Origin: Podarcis filfolensis
Lineage: Eukaryota
DNA length: 64,000 nucleotides
Reading direction: 5' to 3' (one strand)
NCBI GenBank assembly: GCA_964270895.1
Contig: OZ185450.1
The first letter of the stretch is position 1. Each line of letters begins with the position of its first letter. The position numbers and the translations under genes are program-made. Below the pieces are notes generated by a model. That model did not search any database, had not been told where the DNA came from, and was given only the letters and a program-made list of their open reading frames with translations. Of the stretch, positions 12,050 through 25,625 are shown piece after piece.

Positions 12050-12245
12050 GCAACCCAGTGGCAGAAAAGCTGTTTCGCATGCAGAAGGTCCCAGGTTCAG
12101 TCCCTGGCAGCATCTCCAGGTAGGGTTGGCCAAAGGACCTCTGCCTCAATGGAGAGCCATTGCTGCCAGCCAGGGTAGAGTCATTCTGACTCAGCACGAG
12201 GCTCAGCACAAGTCTGACTCAGCACAAGGCTGGTTCCTATGACTT
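12050..12245 (+). mobile_element. tRNA-derived SINE (Squam3-like)
   Basis: cagtggcaga...gcatgcagaaggtcccaggttcagtccctggcagcatctccaggtagggttgg; internal duplication of tctgactcagcac. Confidence 0.65.
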
Positions 12246-12867
12246 AACTTGGCCAACACAGATTGATGCCAAAGATTTGTTGAGTCTGCAGGGGAAGGAG
12301 GAGCCCCGCCACCCAAAAGAGCCTGGCTGCTCCAACTTGGTGGACAAGAGTTGGGCAGATGGATAAAGTTGGTGGGATGGCCCGTCAAGCCAGCCCCTGA
12401 ATGAATGCCTGTGATGGCACTCCAGACCCCTAGCAGCCCAAACCTGCCTCTAGGGAGGAGCTTTGCCCCTCCAGAAATGTCTGCACCTGCCCCAGCTTGA
12501 GCTGCATCCATCACGCTCATAGCGAGGGAGCTCTAGCTGAGGTGGAAGAACTTGTTCAGATTGATCCTTGGGAGATAAATTTATCTTCCTCTGGAATTTC
12601 ACAGAAATAGATGGAGAGGCTGGGAGGGGTTCAAGTTTCAAAGGGCTACTACCAGAGGCAGTGCTCTGTGAGGAGCCAGCAAGCTTATGCAGAGAAGGAG
12701 GGAGGAGGAAGGAAGAGAAAGCAAGGATCCCGAACCCAGAAGGCAAGGCAAAGCCACAATAATCTAGGGCAGTCAGGTGCCCTCCCGCTCTTCCGGACTA
12801 CAACTCCCATCAGCCCCTGGGCAGCATGGCTGTGCACTCCAATTGGTCCCAGTATCTCATAGGATTA

Positions 12868-13093
12868 CAGTGGTACCTTGGGTTACAAACGCTTCAGGTT
12901 ACAGACTCTGCTAACCCAGAAATAGTACCTCAGGTTAAGAACTTTGCTTCAGGATGAGAACAGGAATCGCATGGCATCGGCACGGCAGCAGCATGAGGCC
13001 CCATTAGCGAAAGTGGTACCTCAGGTTAAGAACAGTTTCAGGTTAAGAATGGGCCTCCAGAACGAATTAAGTTCTTAACCCGAGGTACCACTG
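12868..13093. mobile_element. Tc1/mariner-type MITE, 226 bp
   Basis: TIRs cagtggtacct / aggtaccactg flanked by TA; same-length copy at 36630-36855. Confidence 0.9.
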
Positions 13094-13285
13094 TATATAA
13101 TTGTAGAGCTGCAAGGACCCAAAGGGTCATTTAGCCCAATCCTGTGCAATGCACAATTCACAGCTACAGCTGTGCTGGCTGGGTCAGGTGGTCCAAAAGT
13201 GCTGGAGGGCTCTGTGGCCTGGCCTGCATGTGCAGCAGAACACAATGGCAACCTCTCAGCTCCAAGACTGTGGGCTGGACTACAG

Positions 13286-13331
<46 letters not shown>
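13286..13331. repeat. (TG)n microsatellite
   Basis: Directly visible. Confidence 0.95.
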
Positions 13332-13333
<2 letters not shown>

Positions 13334-13557
13334 AGAGTGTCAGCTAGGAGCTGGGAGACCAGGGTTCATATATCCCACTCAGCCATTAAGCTCCCTGGGT
13401 GTGACCTTGGGGGCCAGTCACTGCCTCTCAGCCTAGCCTACCTCACAGGGTTGTTGTGGGGAGAAAATGCAGGGGACAACTGTGTATGCTTCTTTAAGCT
13501 CCTTGGATGAAAAGGTGGGATAGAAATGCAATCAATCAATCAATCAAACAAACAAAA
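13332..13557 (+). mobile_element. CORE/MIR-like SINE with (AATC)n tail
   Basis: cctacctcacagggttgttgtgggg core; ends in aatcaatcaatc. Confidence 0.6.
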
Positions 13558-15280
13558 TCATCCAACAGTCTGCAGTCCTCTACCATCACCCCATCCTACA
13601 GCATATGCAAGATAAACCTTTGAGAAACAAGCACACATTCCAGGCAGAGCTGAGATTTGCTGCCTCATCAGCTTTGTTCTGTGCCACATAAAACAAACAG
13701 AGAAGCTTTTCCCCAAAAGATGATACTGGGGTAGGAAAAACTGCACCGGTGGATTTCCTGCCTGCCAGAGAGAGGCGCCTGACAGTACAGAATGGCTACC
13801 CAGCTCAACTCCAAATATTGCAGAACAAAGCTACTGCTTTGCTGGACCCAAGCCACTCCATTGGCCCTTCCAGGAAAAATGTCTGTGTCCAACAGGGGAA
13901 GTCGAGTGCTTCTGGGAAACTCCAAATAGGCACTGCCAGTCAGAGTGGACAATACTGAGCTGGATGGACCAATGGTCTGACTCGGTATAAGGCAGCTTCC
14001 TTTGTTCTTGGTTCACAGCTCATTCTCTCAGCCGCAGCGTTGCAGCAACTCCAGGGGTTAATGTGGGACGGAGCATGTTGCCTGAAAGGGTTATCCTGGC
14101 TGCAAAACACACACCGTTAGGGCAGCTCCAGGCAGCTCAGGTGGTTCTCTGTCCCCTCGGCCAGGTGTTCCTCATGGGAGCCCAATGAGAGGAGAACCGA
14201 GTGCAGGACTTTGCAGCTCCACCAGCCATAAATCCAAGCTGCCGTTATTTTTATGCCAGGGGGCGTGTTAAGCTCACTGGCATTTCCTGTAATGTCCTGG
14301 CACTGGGAAGGAAAGCTGAGCTGGGAGGACAGCTTTGGAAGCAACGCTAGGCTGCCCTGCAGAGATCAGGTTCTCTGTGGACAGGCAGGTGGCAGGACAG
14401 GTAAACAAGAGGCAGCAGCGGCTCCAGCAGCACCTGGGAACAATGATGTGGGGCAGGGAAAGAAAGAGGTGATCGGAAAGAGACTCTGGGGCAGAAGGAG
14501 GGCAGAGGAATAAGAAAGCCCAGTGGCAATTGTGTGCTAAGCAAAGGGACCTCTTACATTTCCTAGTTACCTGAATTTCACAGAAAACAAATGGGGGTCC
14601 AGATACCAGTGTAAAGAGTTTCCTGAAGCTGCATCAACCGCACACCTTTCCAACTGCACAGAATACAGAGCATGTTTCCATACCATGCATCCCAGTCCCT
14701 GGGAATGGTCCAAACTGCTCTCTGAGATGTGGGGCCTAAGAAGGATGATAGAGGTTCCCTGAGTATGGGCAGAGTGCCTCTCAGCTGCCCAGTTTCTGTT
14801 GGACCCTAGAATTTATTCCACACCTGTAAGAGGTCCATCATTAGCCAAGATGGGCCCCAAATGTTCTTGCTTTCGGCATCAAGGTTCTTGTGCAACTTTC
14901 TGAATTGTGGAAGTGTGAAATCTTTGAACTCTTTGGGAGCAAGATTTGTTTGTTTGTTTCATGAAATGTACTTAATTGTAAACAACACCAACAACCCTCA
15001 CGCGGTAATTTGTTTATTTATTAAAACAGTTTCTATACCACCTGATTAGCTGAATTCTTGCAAGGTGAAAGTCCTGCCTGTGGATGTTTCCTGGGTCCAG
15101 AACTTGTGACAAGAGGAAGGCAACAATTTCAAAGAGGCATAGGTTCCAAAATGTTATGCCAATGGTCTTTGTGCATCCCTTCAGGGATTTGCTATTACGT
15201 TGGCTCCAAACAGAGCTGGTCTTCTAAGGAATGGGGCAGATGGACTTTGCACTCCTAAAGCAGTTGCAAAAATCTGTGTT

Positions 15281-15470
15281 GAGAACCTAAGAAGAGCCCT
15301 GCTGGATCAGGCCAGGGGCCCTTCTAGTCCAACATCCTGTTCTCACAGAGGCTGACCAGCTCCTTGTGAATACCAGCAAGCAGGACCAGAGCACAAGAGC
15401 CCTCTCCCCTCCTGTGGTTTCCAGCAACTGGTATTCAGGAGCATTTTCCTGCTCTCCTGAAATAGCCAGC
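15281..15470 (-). mobile_element. LINE 3' fragment (L2/CR1-group)
   Basis: gaacctaagaagagccctgctggatcaggcc...ctagtccaacatcctgttctcacag resembles the reverse complement of the SINE/LINE tails elsewhere in the window. Confidence 0.5.
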
Positions 15471-16626
15471 AACCTTGGACATTTCTGCACCTGGAGCAAA
15501 AAGGTAAAGTCTGACTCCTGGTTTCCCAGCCCTGAAGTGGAACTTCTTTCTCTTAAAAGACCTTTGGAGGTGAGAAGAGGCCATGAAAAGGGGCACCCAG
15601 TCCTCTGGTTTGCTGCTCCTGCACAAAGAGACCACTTAATTCTGCCAGCCTTGCTTTCCTGCCACCTCTGGCAACTCAGGGAGGCCCTTTTCTTCCACTC
15701 TTCCTGTGCGTTATTAATAAAATGAGGAATAAACAGGGGGCTCCGAGTCAGGCCGGAGCGTGTGCAGCTGACCCCTGGCTGCTGGCACAAGGCACCCCCT
15801 GGTGGGAAGGGGCCTTGGTTTTTTTCAGCCACATCAACCCCCCCACCCCAGCCCACCCCCTTGCTGAGGCTGTGCTGAGAGGCCTCTCAGTATTCCTGTG
15901 TGCAGCAGCAGCAGCCTTAGTAATTCTAGCAGCTGTGAGAGCTAAATTGGGCAGGAAGGTCAACCTGAGCCATTCCCCTTATACACTGCTTTGTATGCAA
16001 AGCGCACCCCCACCCCCCAAAAAGAATCCCTAGAGCTGTAAAAAACGCTGCAGGACAGAGCCAGACCAAGGCTGCAGAATCCTTTGAGGCAGCCTGCTGC
16101 GTTTTTTACCTTCCCAAGGTAGAGCTCCATTTCCTCGCCAGCCAGCCCCCCCCCCCAGCTGAGGAGGCTCTCTGCTCTGCCAACCAGCTGGCCCCTTCCA
16201 GTTGCTCCCTTGTTTTCCCTCTCACCAGGCTCCCTGGAAAGTGCGGTGTTTTTCTTCCCTCCACAGCTCACGCCTCACCTGAAAGGCCAATTGTGCTCCG
16301 AGCCCAGTTAAAAAGGTCCTGCAGGAACTTTGGCTTAGCTCTGCCGGGGGCCCTTTTCCAATCTAAACGGAGCTGAAAGGGCTCCTCTGTCAAGGGGGCT
16401 GAGTCGCCCACGGCTGGCCTCTGGGCTTTGCCACCAGGAGGTGAAACCAGATTCTGTGTCCATCCACCGCTTCACCCGCCCTGGGTGATAAGGCGCCTTT
16501 ATTCAACTTGCTTGCTTTAGAGGCTTGGGTTCTCTTCCGAGCGGAGACTCCCTCTCTCACTTTAGCACATCTTGGGGAGCCCCAGGAAAAACACCACAGC
16601 CTCACCCTGGCTTCGTAAGCAGCCAT

Positions 16627-16942
16627 GAAAGGTAAAAGGTAAAGGGACCTCTGACCGTTAAGGGAGCCGACGTTTGTCCGCAGACAGCTTCCGGGTCATG
16701 TGGCCAGCATGACTAAGCCACTTCTGGCGAACCAGAGCAGCGCACAGAAATGCCATTTACCTTCCCGCCCGAGTGGTACCTATTTATCTACTTGCACTTG
16801 ACGTGCTTTCGAACTGCTATGTTGGCAGGAGCAGGGACCGAGCAACGGGAGCTCACCCTGTTGCGCAGTTTCGAACCGCTGACCTTCTGATCGGCAAGCC
16901 CTAGGCTCTGTGGTTTAGACCACAGCGCCACCCGCATCCCAT
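16627..16942 (-). mobile_element. Sauria SINE with internal deletion
   Basis: (AAAGGT)n tail on +; body colinear with the 37124 copy; 11-bp TSD taagcagccat at 16616-16626 and 16943-16953. Confidence 0.9.
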
Positions 16943-17749
16943 TAAGCAGCCATAGCAACACCCAAAGAATCTTGGGGATGGTGGTCTTGATGCTAAGGTT
17001 TCTCTGACATGATTCCTAGCCCTCCTTTGCAGAACTGCAACTGGGAGGGTTCCATGGGAGAAGGAATGACTATCCTGCCAGCTTAAGTCTGTAGCATGGT
17101 GCAGATGCACCAGGCCAAATCATCTATGGCCTCCTTCCCCAAGCTGGTGCCCCTTGGAGGTTTTGGATGATAACTCCCACCATTGTATGGTTGTACTGGC
17201 TGAGGGCTGTAGTCCAAAGCATCCAAGGGCACCTGCCAGGGGATGTTTGGTCTGCTGGGTGATGGTAAGATTTTCTGGGCAAGTGTTGGCCCAACAAAAG
17301 CTGCACCCATGTGGTTCTTGGGAAGCTGCCTTACCCTGAATCAAATCCCTGGTCCACCTGTCTCGGTATTATCCACACCGACCGGACTGACAGCGTCCCT
17401 CCCAGGGTTTCAAATCTGTTCCAGTCCTACCTGGATGCCATGGGGATAGAGCCTGGGACCTTCTGCATACCAAGCAGGTGTCCTGCCACTGACCTGCAGC
17501 CCATTCAATCCTGTAGCTTGGCTCTAAGGGTTTGTCCACATGGGACCAAAATGTGGGCTGCACCTCCATATCGTCCGGAACCTTTCCCGCTTTAAAGGCA
17601 GGGTTTCCCCCCAATTTAGACATTCCAAGGATTGAAAACCCCCTCCCTTAAAGGGGAAAAGATCCAGGATGGGGATGATGTCCGGCCAACGCAAGTCCAT
17701 AATTTGCTCTGGTGTGGACAAGCCCTATGTCTATTATTACCTAATGTTG

Positions 17750-17965
17750 AAAGATTGAGGACATATAAAAGGAAGGACTTATTCACACAGTGCATAGTTA
17801 AATGAGGCAACCTGCTTCTACAGGAGGCAGTGATGAGCACCACCTTGGATGGCTTTAGGAGAGGATCAGGCACATTCGTGGAGGAGGGCTAACAATGGCT
17901 ACTAGCCTGGATGGCTATGCCCTGCCTCCACAGTTGGAGGCAGCAGTGCTTCTGAAGACAAGCTA
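17750..17965 (+). mobile_element. CR1 LINE 3' fragment, degenerate
   Basis: ttcacacagtgcatagttaa...ggcagtgatgagcaccaccttggatggctttaggagagga...aatggctactag. Confidence 0.7.
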
Positions 17966-20900
17966 TCAGCTCTAAAATTCTAAGATTCTGTTCTATGAAT
18001 TTCTTGCCCTCAATATTAGGCAGGGCTCACATGCTTCCTCCCTCTGCCAATCATTATTTGACAGCTAACCGTATTGCTTGCTGAGTAGCGGGGGGTGGGG
18101 GAAAACGCTTTTATTAGCTCTTCCCCTCCCTCCTATCAAACTAGGGTCTCCTTTTGGGACACTCTCCAGAAATGTGGCCTCTGAGGGTGTCAAGCTTGCT
18201 AGGAATTGGCTGCCCTCTTGTGATGGCTCCCAAGTGCTCGCCATGTGACTTGCCCCACCCTGCTGCAAACCTGCACCCACTTCTCCCTCCCAGATGCTCC
18301 CACGAAACACAGCCAGGGCATGGAGACTGAGGGCTAGGCCCAGGGACACCATTTCTGGTGGCATCTGCACGGCGGACGTTTGCCTCAAGTCCCTTTTGGC
18401 CAGCTTGACGACCCAGGGGGCAACCAGGCTCTTATCCTTCCCTCTGGAATTCCCCTAGTGGCAAGCAGGTTGGCTTTTGACATCATAAATATCCAAGGCC
18501 CATCACACAGGGCTGTTCACTGTAACTTTCCCTGCTGCTACCTTGCGGACTTGAGCTCCTGCTCAGGGGTTCATCCAGCAGCAGTGGTAAGGCCTGGGGC
18601 GGGTTAAGAGGAGTTGGGGTGGGGTTCGGCTACAGTTCAGCAGCACAGATTCTTCTTTCTTTGCCTATCCCCACATTCCCCCCCCCTGCTGCTGCCCCCC
18701 CAATAACTCCCAGCCTAGAGGCTGGCCCTGGCAGCAAAGCCTCTCCTCCTCCTCACACAAAGTGGCTCCTTGTCTGGCCTTCCCAGCAGTGGGCTGCGGA
18801 GAATTTCATGGAACCAGCTCCATTTCCTGACGGAGTTTTATTACATTCCCAACAGAAATAAATAAATAGGAGAGAAACGCAGGGCATCTTGGAGCCTCCT
18901 GAGCAGAGCAAAACTTGGGGCTTGCTGCAGAGGCTGTTCTCAAGAAACAAGCCCAGTGTGACAGGGGCTGAGGGGCACCTCTGCATGGATAAGTGGGGCC
19001 GCTTCTGGCCAGACTCCCCTCCTGGGGCAGACCCAACCTACAACTGTTCCAGGGGACCGAGGAGGCTTCCAGAAAAATGGATGACTTAGTGGGCACCGCT
19101 CAGAATTGCTGCCCTAGTTTCTGCTAGGAGAGGAATGTCCACTCTGTTTCCACACTTCCAACATCTTGTGGCCCCCCTTTCCTCAACCCCAAACGCAGGA
19201 ATTTTTGTATTGTGGGGGCAGGAGGAGAAGGATGTAATGTACAGTTGTTGGGGACTCAACACTGGAGGTGCAGAAACCATAGCTGTTTTGCACTTGTGAG
19301 GTCCTGCACACATTCTGCTGCTTTGGCAGATGGCTCCGGGGTGGAAGGTCTTCCCAAGGCCAGCCCACTGGCTGCCATACTTCTTCTCCCAAGATTGCCT
19401 TGTTGAGAGGGTTCGCCCACCCTCCCTGGAAAGCAAGTGAGTTACTCCCAGTTAGAGGGAGTAACCACTAGTGTCACCTACCCGGGGTGGCGCAGCCCTT
19501 TTTTGGGGAGCTGCCCCAGCCATAGTGAAAATATGGCAAGAGAGGAGGGGAGCGGGGAAGGAAAAACCTTACACTAGTATTTGACTGCTACACTGCTCAG
19601 TTTCACTTGCGATTTACAAAGGACGTGATCCTGAATGCATCAACTGCGTCTTGATTTGAGCTGAAGCATGCTCTGTGTGGGGCTGTTCCTAAAAATCTCT
19701 TGGAAGCTTCAACCGGTGACAAATTATGCTGCTAAAATCCTGACCTCTTTGCAGTATCAGCTGTGCGGCCTGCAAGTTCATTTGCAAGTGCAATTCAATG
19801 TGCTGTTTATCAGTTTCAAAGGACCGTCTCCTCCCATGTGAATCTGTGCATCCTTTAAGAGCAGCTGTGGTGGCCCTTTAGTGTGTTCTGTTGCTCTGTG
19901 TGGTTTGTGGCAACATGCAACACGGCTTCCTCAGCCGCAGAGCCCTGTCTGTGTTGCAGAAGTTATCAGGGCTCTTCAACCTCAGGTCCTTCTATGCTGT
20001 TGGCCTGCAACTCCCAGCATCTCGGCTCCTGACAGTGTTTGAAGGTTATTCTCTTTAAAGGAAACTTTTCTTCTGTTGCTCTTTAATTTTATTAATTGCT
20101 AGCCCTGACTTCCCCCTGCTTTAGACTTGAATTGTGTTGGCATTAAATGAAGGAGGGTTGCTGTTAATTTTATTTTTGTGTTTGTTCTTACACTGGAAGT
20201 ATCCTTTCAGAGGGAGAAAGGCCAGATACATTATTTGTATAAACAAACAAGCAAAACAACTGCATCAAAGCAGAGCAATTTGCAAAACCAACAGCTACCT
20301 TAGATTAAGAGAAATATTGCTAAACCTGAGCTTCTAGCCACCCTAGAACAGATGCCAGGTCAGAACCCGTGTAATGGAGTGGAATAAGGACTTTGTAATG
20401 GGAGATGCTTGATGGGACAAAGTTTCAGCTTCTCCAGCATTCAGCAAGTCACCTGCTCTCACTTCCCTGTATTCCCAGATCCCACCCTGAATAGCTGCTC
20501 TCCTGCAGCTAGAGCCAGGCTTTGAGAGAGTGGAAAGAAAGATGATAAGCACCACCAGTGTCAGCAGTTTCTTCTAAAGCACAGCAGAAGTCTGCAGAAG
20601 CAGTTGGATCGCCTTTCAGCGATAAAACAGAATGAGAAGGAAAAAAGAATGGAATGAGCATACACCTGCCACGAACAAAGACAGATACTCCTTCCGAAAG
20701 AAGTGCACGGAAAAAGAGAATCACTGTCTCGAGCCAATGTGTGCTCACTGCACCTCAGCTTAATGCAGGAATGTAAAAAGGACCTGGCTGCTTGGATCAG
20801 GCCAAAGACCTACAAAGTCCAGTTCAGCATCATGTTTCCGGCTGTGCCTCAAGAAGCTTATCATTGCTACTTTTTTGAAGGATCAAATTCCATAGTTTTA

Positions 20901-22004
20901 ACTACGTGCTGTGTGAAGTTTCATATTATGAGAGAGGGAGAAAAGCCTATCTCTATTCACTTTCCCATCCTTTTATACACATCTACCATGACCTGTTTTT
21001 TTCTAAACTAAGTAGCAGCAAATGTTTTAACCATTTCTTCTAGGATATTCAATTCAGATCTTATCTGGGAGGAAGAGGGAGTCTTCCTCTCCATCAGGCT
21101 CTTTCTGTCCCTGTCCCCACTTTCAAGTTTCCTACATCCAGATAAAGTTTGAGAGAGAAATGCATTGCTCTTGCCACCACAAGCTACTTTAATGTCCATA
21201 AGAAGCTCCAGGTCTCTGGGCATTGGGTGGACCCTCCTGTTGCCACCTCAGTGGAAACACCTCAAAGTGACATCTCTTTACAAACATTGGGTGAAGAGCT
21301 ACTCTCAAAGACCCCTTTATTATTTTATTTGACTTCCCTAAAAATGCAGAGGAACTTTTTCGCTTTAACCACCACCACTACCACCTGAATAATTTACCAT
21401 GGCTGGACATGAGGGAATTTGCAGTGGAAAAACCTTCAGCTATGCTAAACCAAAATATTATTTACCATTTACTTGGTAATGCTGATCTCCGCCTTCTAAG
21501 GAAAAAAAATATTGATTTAACAGGACTCAGCAGTTTGGGGGTTCTGCCAGTGCCACCTAAATATAGCTCATGAAAAACAAATGGATCCCGTAATGGGGGG
21601 GGGGAGCGAAGAGGATGGGGGGAGAAACATACAGCATTCCTCCAACTCTGTTTTATCAAACTAGGTGGGGAGAGGCCTTTTTCATCCAGAGAAGAGGTGT
21701 GCTGCAGCTCAGATGCACCTGACCCTTTGTTTAAAGGCAAGAATTTGCTGCTCCCGCCCCCCATCGTCTGAAACATCACTGCACTTGAGCAGGAAGGTGG
21801 GTGTAATTGCCTACAGACAGCATGACCTGGAACTGCCAAGAACCTGGCTGGCTTCATGCCTTTCCTGGCCTTCTCCACTTTGCCCAGTTTGAGAACAACA
21901 GGATCCTGGAGAAAGAGGACCCTCTGCAGCTGCATTCTGAGCGGGGTTAAGAGCCAGGAATAGCCACACGCCCATGAGATTTTTAATGGCACAGGTTTTC
22001 ATGG

Positions 22005-22100
22005 TCTAGAGCTTTGCCAAAATAAATTTGTTAGTCTTTAAGGTGACAGAAGACTCTTTTGTTTTTGCTGCAACAGACTAACGCAGCTACCCTTTTGGAA
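22005..22100 (+). mobile_element. Penelope-like element 3' terminal fragment (second subfamily)
   Basis: aataaatttgttagtctttaaggtg...ctgcaacagactaacgcagctaccc resembles the ends of the 35051 and 25510 copies. Confidence 0.6.
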
Positions 22101-22814
22101 TAAGTCCACGAGATGGAGAGCAGCTTGACTGTTGCCACTGTGAGCTGTTTACTCTGGAGAAACCTTGCGAGAGTTCAAAGCTCCAAGCTGAGGTGTGCTG
22201 CCAGGATGGGCCATAAGCAAGCAGGATCCGATAGCAAGGTCTGCCTTGCTGTTGTTTGCAGGTAGGGGGGAAATGGAGTTGGGTTGGGTCAGAGTGGTAG
22301 TTAGCAGAAGGGACCTGTTGAAGTAAGCATCCTTGAGGCATTAAACTGAAATGGAAAGGCTGCATGGACTGAACCATTCAACCCTCCAGAAAGGATAAAG
22401 GGCCTACAAGTAGGAACTGGCCTTGCAGAGTTAACAAGCCCAGCAGCTTGGAAGTGAGAGACACAAATTACATAGTGCAAGAGAGCGGACCTTCTACAGT
22501 ATCTGATCCTCTCTATGGAGAGCACACTGGTTAGAAAAAGCAGGACTAAGACCACAGAAGCAGGGGAAGACTTGGTGACTTTATGTTTGCAGACCTTCTA
22601 GGTAAGTTTCAGGAAAACAACAGCCAGCAATGCGCCTCTTCCACATGTCCACAAGTTTGGTTCTAATCCAGAGCATCAAAAGTTAGAATTGTGAAGCTCC
22701 TCATATTTTTCTTTTTCAAAAAAGAAAATGAGGATTCTAGCCATTATGGCTATTTGGGGGGGGGGGATTATTGGTCTGCTCTGAATCCTCAGTCAGCTTC
22801 TTTGGATGTTCCCA

Positions 22815-23250
22815 AGTTCTAGTGTTATGATAGGGAGAAAAACTTTTCTTCTCTATCCACTTTCTGCATTCCATGCATACTTTTATACATTTCTATCATG
22901 TTGCCTCTTACTTGCCTTTTCTCTAAACTAAAATGCCACAAAGACTGCAATCTTTCCTTGTAGGGGAATCCTTCCACCCTCTTGATCATTCCGGTTGCCC
23001 TTTTCCAACACTACAGTACCCTTTTAGAGGTGAGGCAAGCAGAACCGTAGACACTATTCCAAAGCGAGTGCACCACACGTTTTCTGTGACAGCATTATGA
23101 TATCAGCAGTTTATTTTCCATTCCTTTGCTAACAATCCCTGGCACGCAATATGCCTTTTTTACAGCTGTCACATGATGGGTCAACATCTTCACTGAGCTA
23201 TTCGTGACTCCAAGGTCTTGCTCCTGGTCAGACACCACCAGCTCCAGCAA
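22815..23250 (-). mobile_element. CR1 LINE reverse-transcriptase fragment, degenerate
   Basis: Recognised CR1-like tracts (catttctatcatgttgcctcttacttgccttttctctaaactaaaa; ttgatcattccggttgcccttttcc). Confidence 0.6.
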
Positions 23251-24760
23251 CTGTGAGTCTACGATCACAGAATCTATGGAATTCTTCTGAAACTTTTAAC
23301 AGCATTAATGCCAGCATTTCTATGTTGTAATGGGTATTTTGATTCATTTAAAACTTTGCATTTTACAGCATACATTTGTGTACCATGGGTTTTGAGTATG
23401 TGGTGCAGCCTTTCCACTGAGCTGCAGGAGAAGAGGAGGAGGACTGCAGGGCCTCTCTACCAGTGCTGTGGAAAGACCAGCAACTTTTGGCACCTTCTCT
23501 TCTGGAAATCTTTTGGCTTTAGCTGCTCATTACCATAACTTTGTTAATTTAAAGAAACAGTGCCCAGATCTGGATTTTCCTCCTCCCTCCCCAACCCATT
23601 TGCCTTATGCGTCATGCTTTTTTTAGACAATAAGCCTTGAGGCTAGAGACTGTGAGTGAGTATACATTGTGTGATAATGTGCATTCAAGGCTGCAGATAG
23701 GCATCTTTTTGGGATGCTGTACACACAATGCCATCCCCATGTTGTCTCTGTTCCACTGTATTTGCCAGTCCAAAGCACATTCTGCTGAAACGGTTTTAAT
23801 CTGTTTTGTGCCGAGAATGCATTTCTCAAGCACTTCCTGCCTACATGTGCATTTGTGAATTATGCTTACAACTTCCACAAACTAAAATGCATTCATCAGC
23901 CCTCTGCTGATGCACTTTAAATAAGCTTTCCAAGCTGAGTTCAGCCTCTCCTCTCTACCCTCTCGGGTAAATTTAAGGACCTCCCTTGCAAGGTCTTCTT
24001 AGATAAAGGACTTCACTTTTTTTTTCATTTAGGGAATTGAAACCAGGATCTTTCATATGCACGCATTTGCTCCACCATGGAGCTTCACCCCACCTAATCC
24101 CCACAGATACTGCGAACAAGTCAGTTTCCCCATCTCTTTCTCTCTCGAACAATTTTTTAATGAGAAAAGGTTCCAGGACATTTGGTGTCACCTAAGTTTT
24201 GCTGATGCAGGGGAAAGCCTCCAACACCAACTAGATGAAGTAGGTGAGTAATTTTGGTGAAGCACACATGGGATTTCCTGGAGACATGCATGATCAGCAA
24301 GAGCGGAGAAGGGGGGGGGGGGAGAATCTGTGCCCCCAAAGGGGGCTAAGTCAGCAACAGGAGCAGCAGCTACCTATTGTCCTGCTGCTGCTGCTGCTGC
24401 TCAAAAGAAGGATCCCATCTGAGGAAGAACAAGGGAAGGCCTGAAGCTGGCAAAGGGAATAAAGACACTGCGGTGTAAAGCTGCCTCAGGAGCCTCCCCT
24501 GAATCCCTGCTCGAAGAACACCTCATTCATCACTTTTAAACAGAAGTGGCTCACTTGCCGGAGATGGGGGCGGGAGGACAAAAGGAGCAACAATGGTTGG
24601 CGCTTGCAGCCAGGCAGCCAGCCGCAAACTGACACATCGGCCTACTGTTCCAGCTCACTGGGGAAGAAAGGAATTTCTGTATAAATCACACCAACCATCA
24701 GGTTTCTCACTTCCTGTCCACAGGACTTCCCGGCTCTCAGTACGCAACAGCATGAAGGGA

Positions 24761-24792
<32 letters not shown>

Positions 24793-25509
24793 TGGGGGGG
24801 GGGGAATGGGAGAAGTTAATTTTTTAAAAAATATATATAAAGAGAGTCTCTTTCAGCTAATAATGAAGCGAACAGTATATTAAGAAGGAAAACATTCAGC
24901 ATTAACCTTGGAGGGGAAAGACAGAAAACCTTTTCATAATGCCCTGGCCACAAAACAACAACTGCCAGTTAAATCAGCTCCGTTCCCCAGCCACTGCCAA
25001 CATAAACTCAGGGGCAGCCATAGGAGAACATTTGAACCAACATCTTCCCCTCTTCTCACTCTCCCCCCCTCCCCAACCAGGAAATAAAAAATAATAACAA
25101 CTCAGGAAGGCTGAAGGTGCCAGCCATAGGCTTCAGAGCAGCACTTCTGCTGGCGCCACAGAGCAAGCAGACTCTGCTTTGAGCTCCAGACATGGCAGTG
25201 GAACCATAACGAGGAGGTTGCCCTGCTCCGCACTTCTTAATTCGCCTTTGCTACAGGCTGTCAGTCAGGCAGGATGAGAAGTCCTTGCTGTGAAAAGGCA
25301 CCCATGCAATTCTGCTCGGGGGGTGGTGGTGGGAACAGTAAGCGTGGAAGATGGATTTGAAAGATCCATTCGGAAGAATGACACCTCAATGCGGGGACTC
25401 TAGTTTGGGGTGAGGAAAGTACTCTTTCCCTCCCCGTGTTAAATTGGGCCACTGACGTATTCTGTTTAATCCCTTCCCCTGTATGGTTCAACTTGGCTCA
25501 GAATGAATA

Positions 25510-25625
25510 ATTTCCAGAGTGTGAGTGTGTGTTACTCTGTTGCAGCAGAAACAAAGCATCTTAAAGACCAACCCTTAGAATTTTAGGGATAATTTTTATT
25601 ATTATTATGGTATAAGCTTCCCTGG
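25510..25625 (-). mobile_element. Penelope-like element terminal fragment
   Basis: Reverse complement contains gaagcttatacc and ttggtctttaag...ctgcaacagagtaacac. Confidence 0.5.

Noticed and set aside
18000-19450. Cluster of short ORFs on both strands
   Set aside because: No recognisable domain, splice pattern or codon signal.
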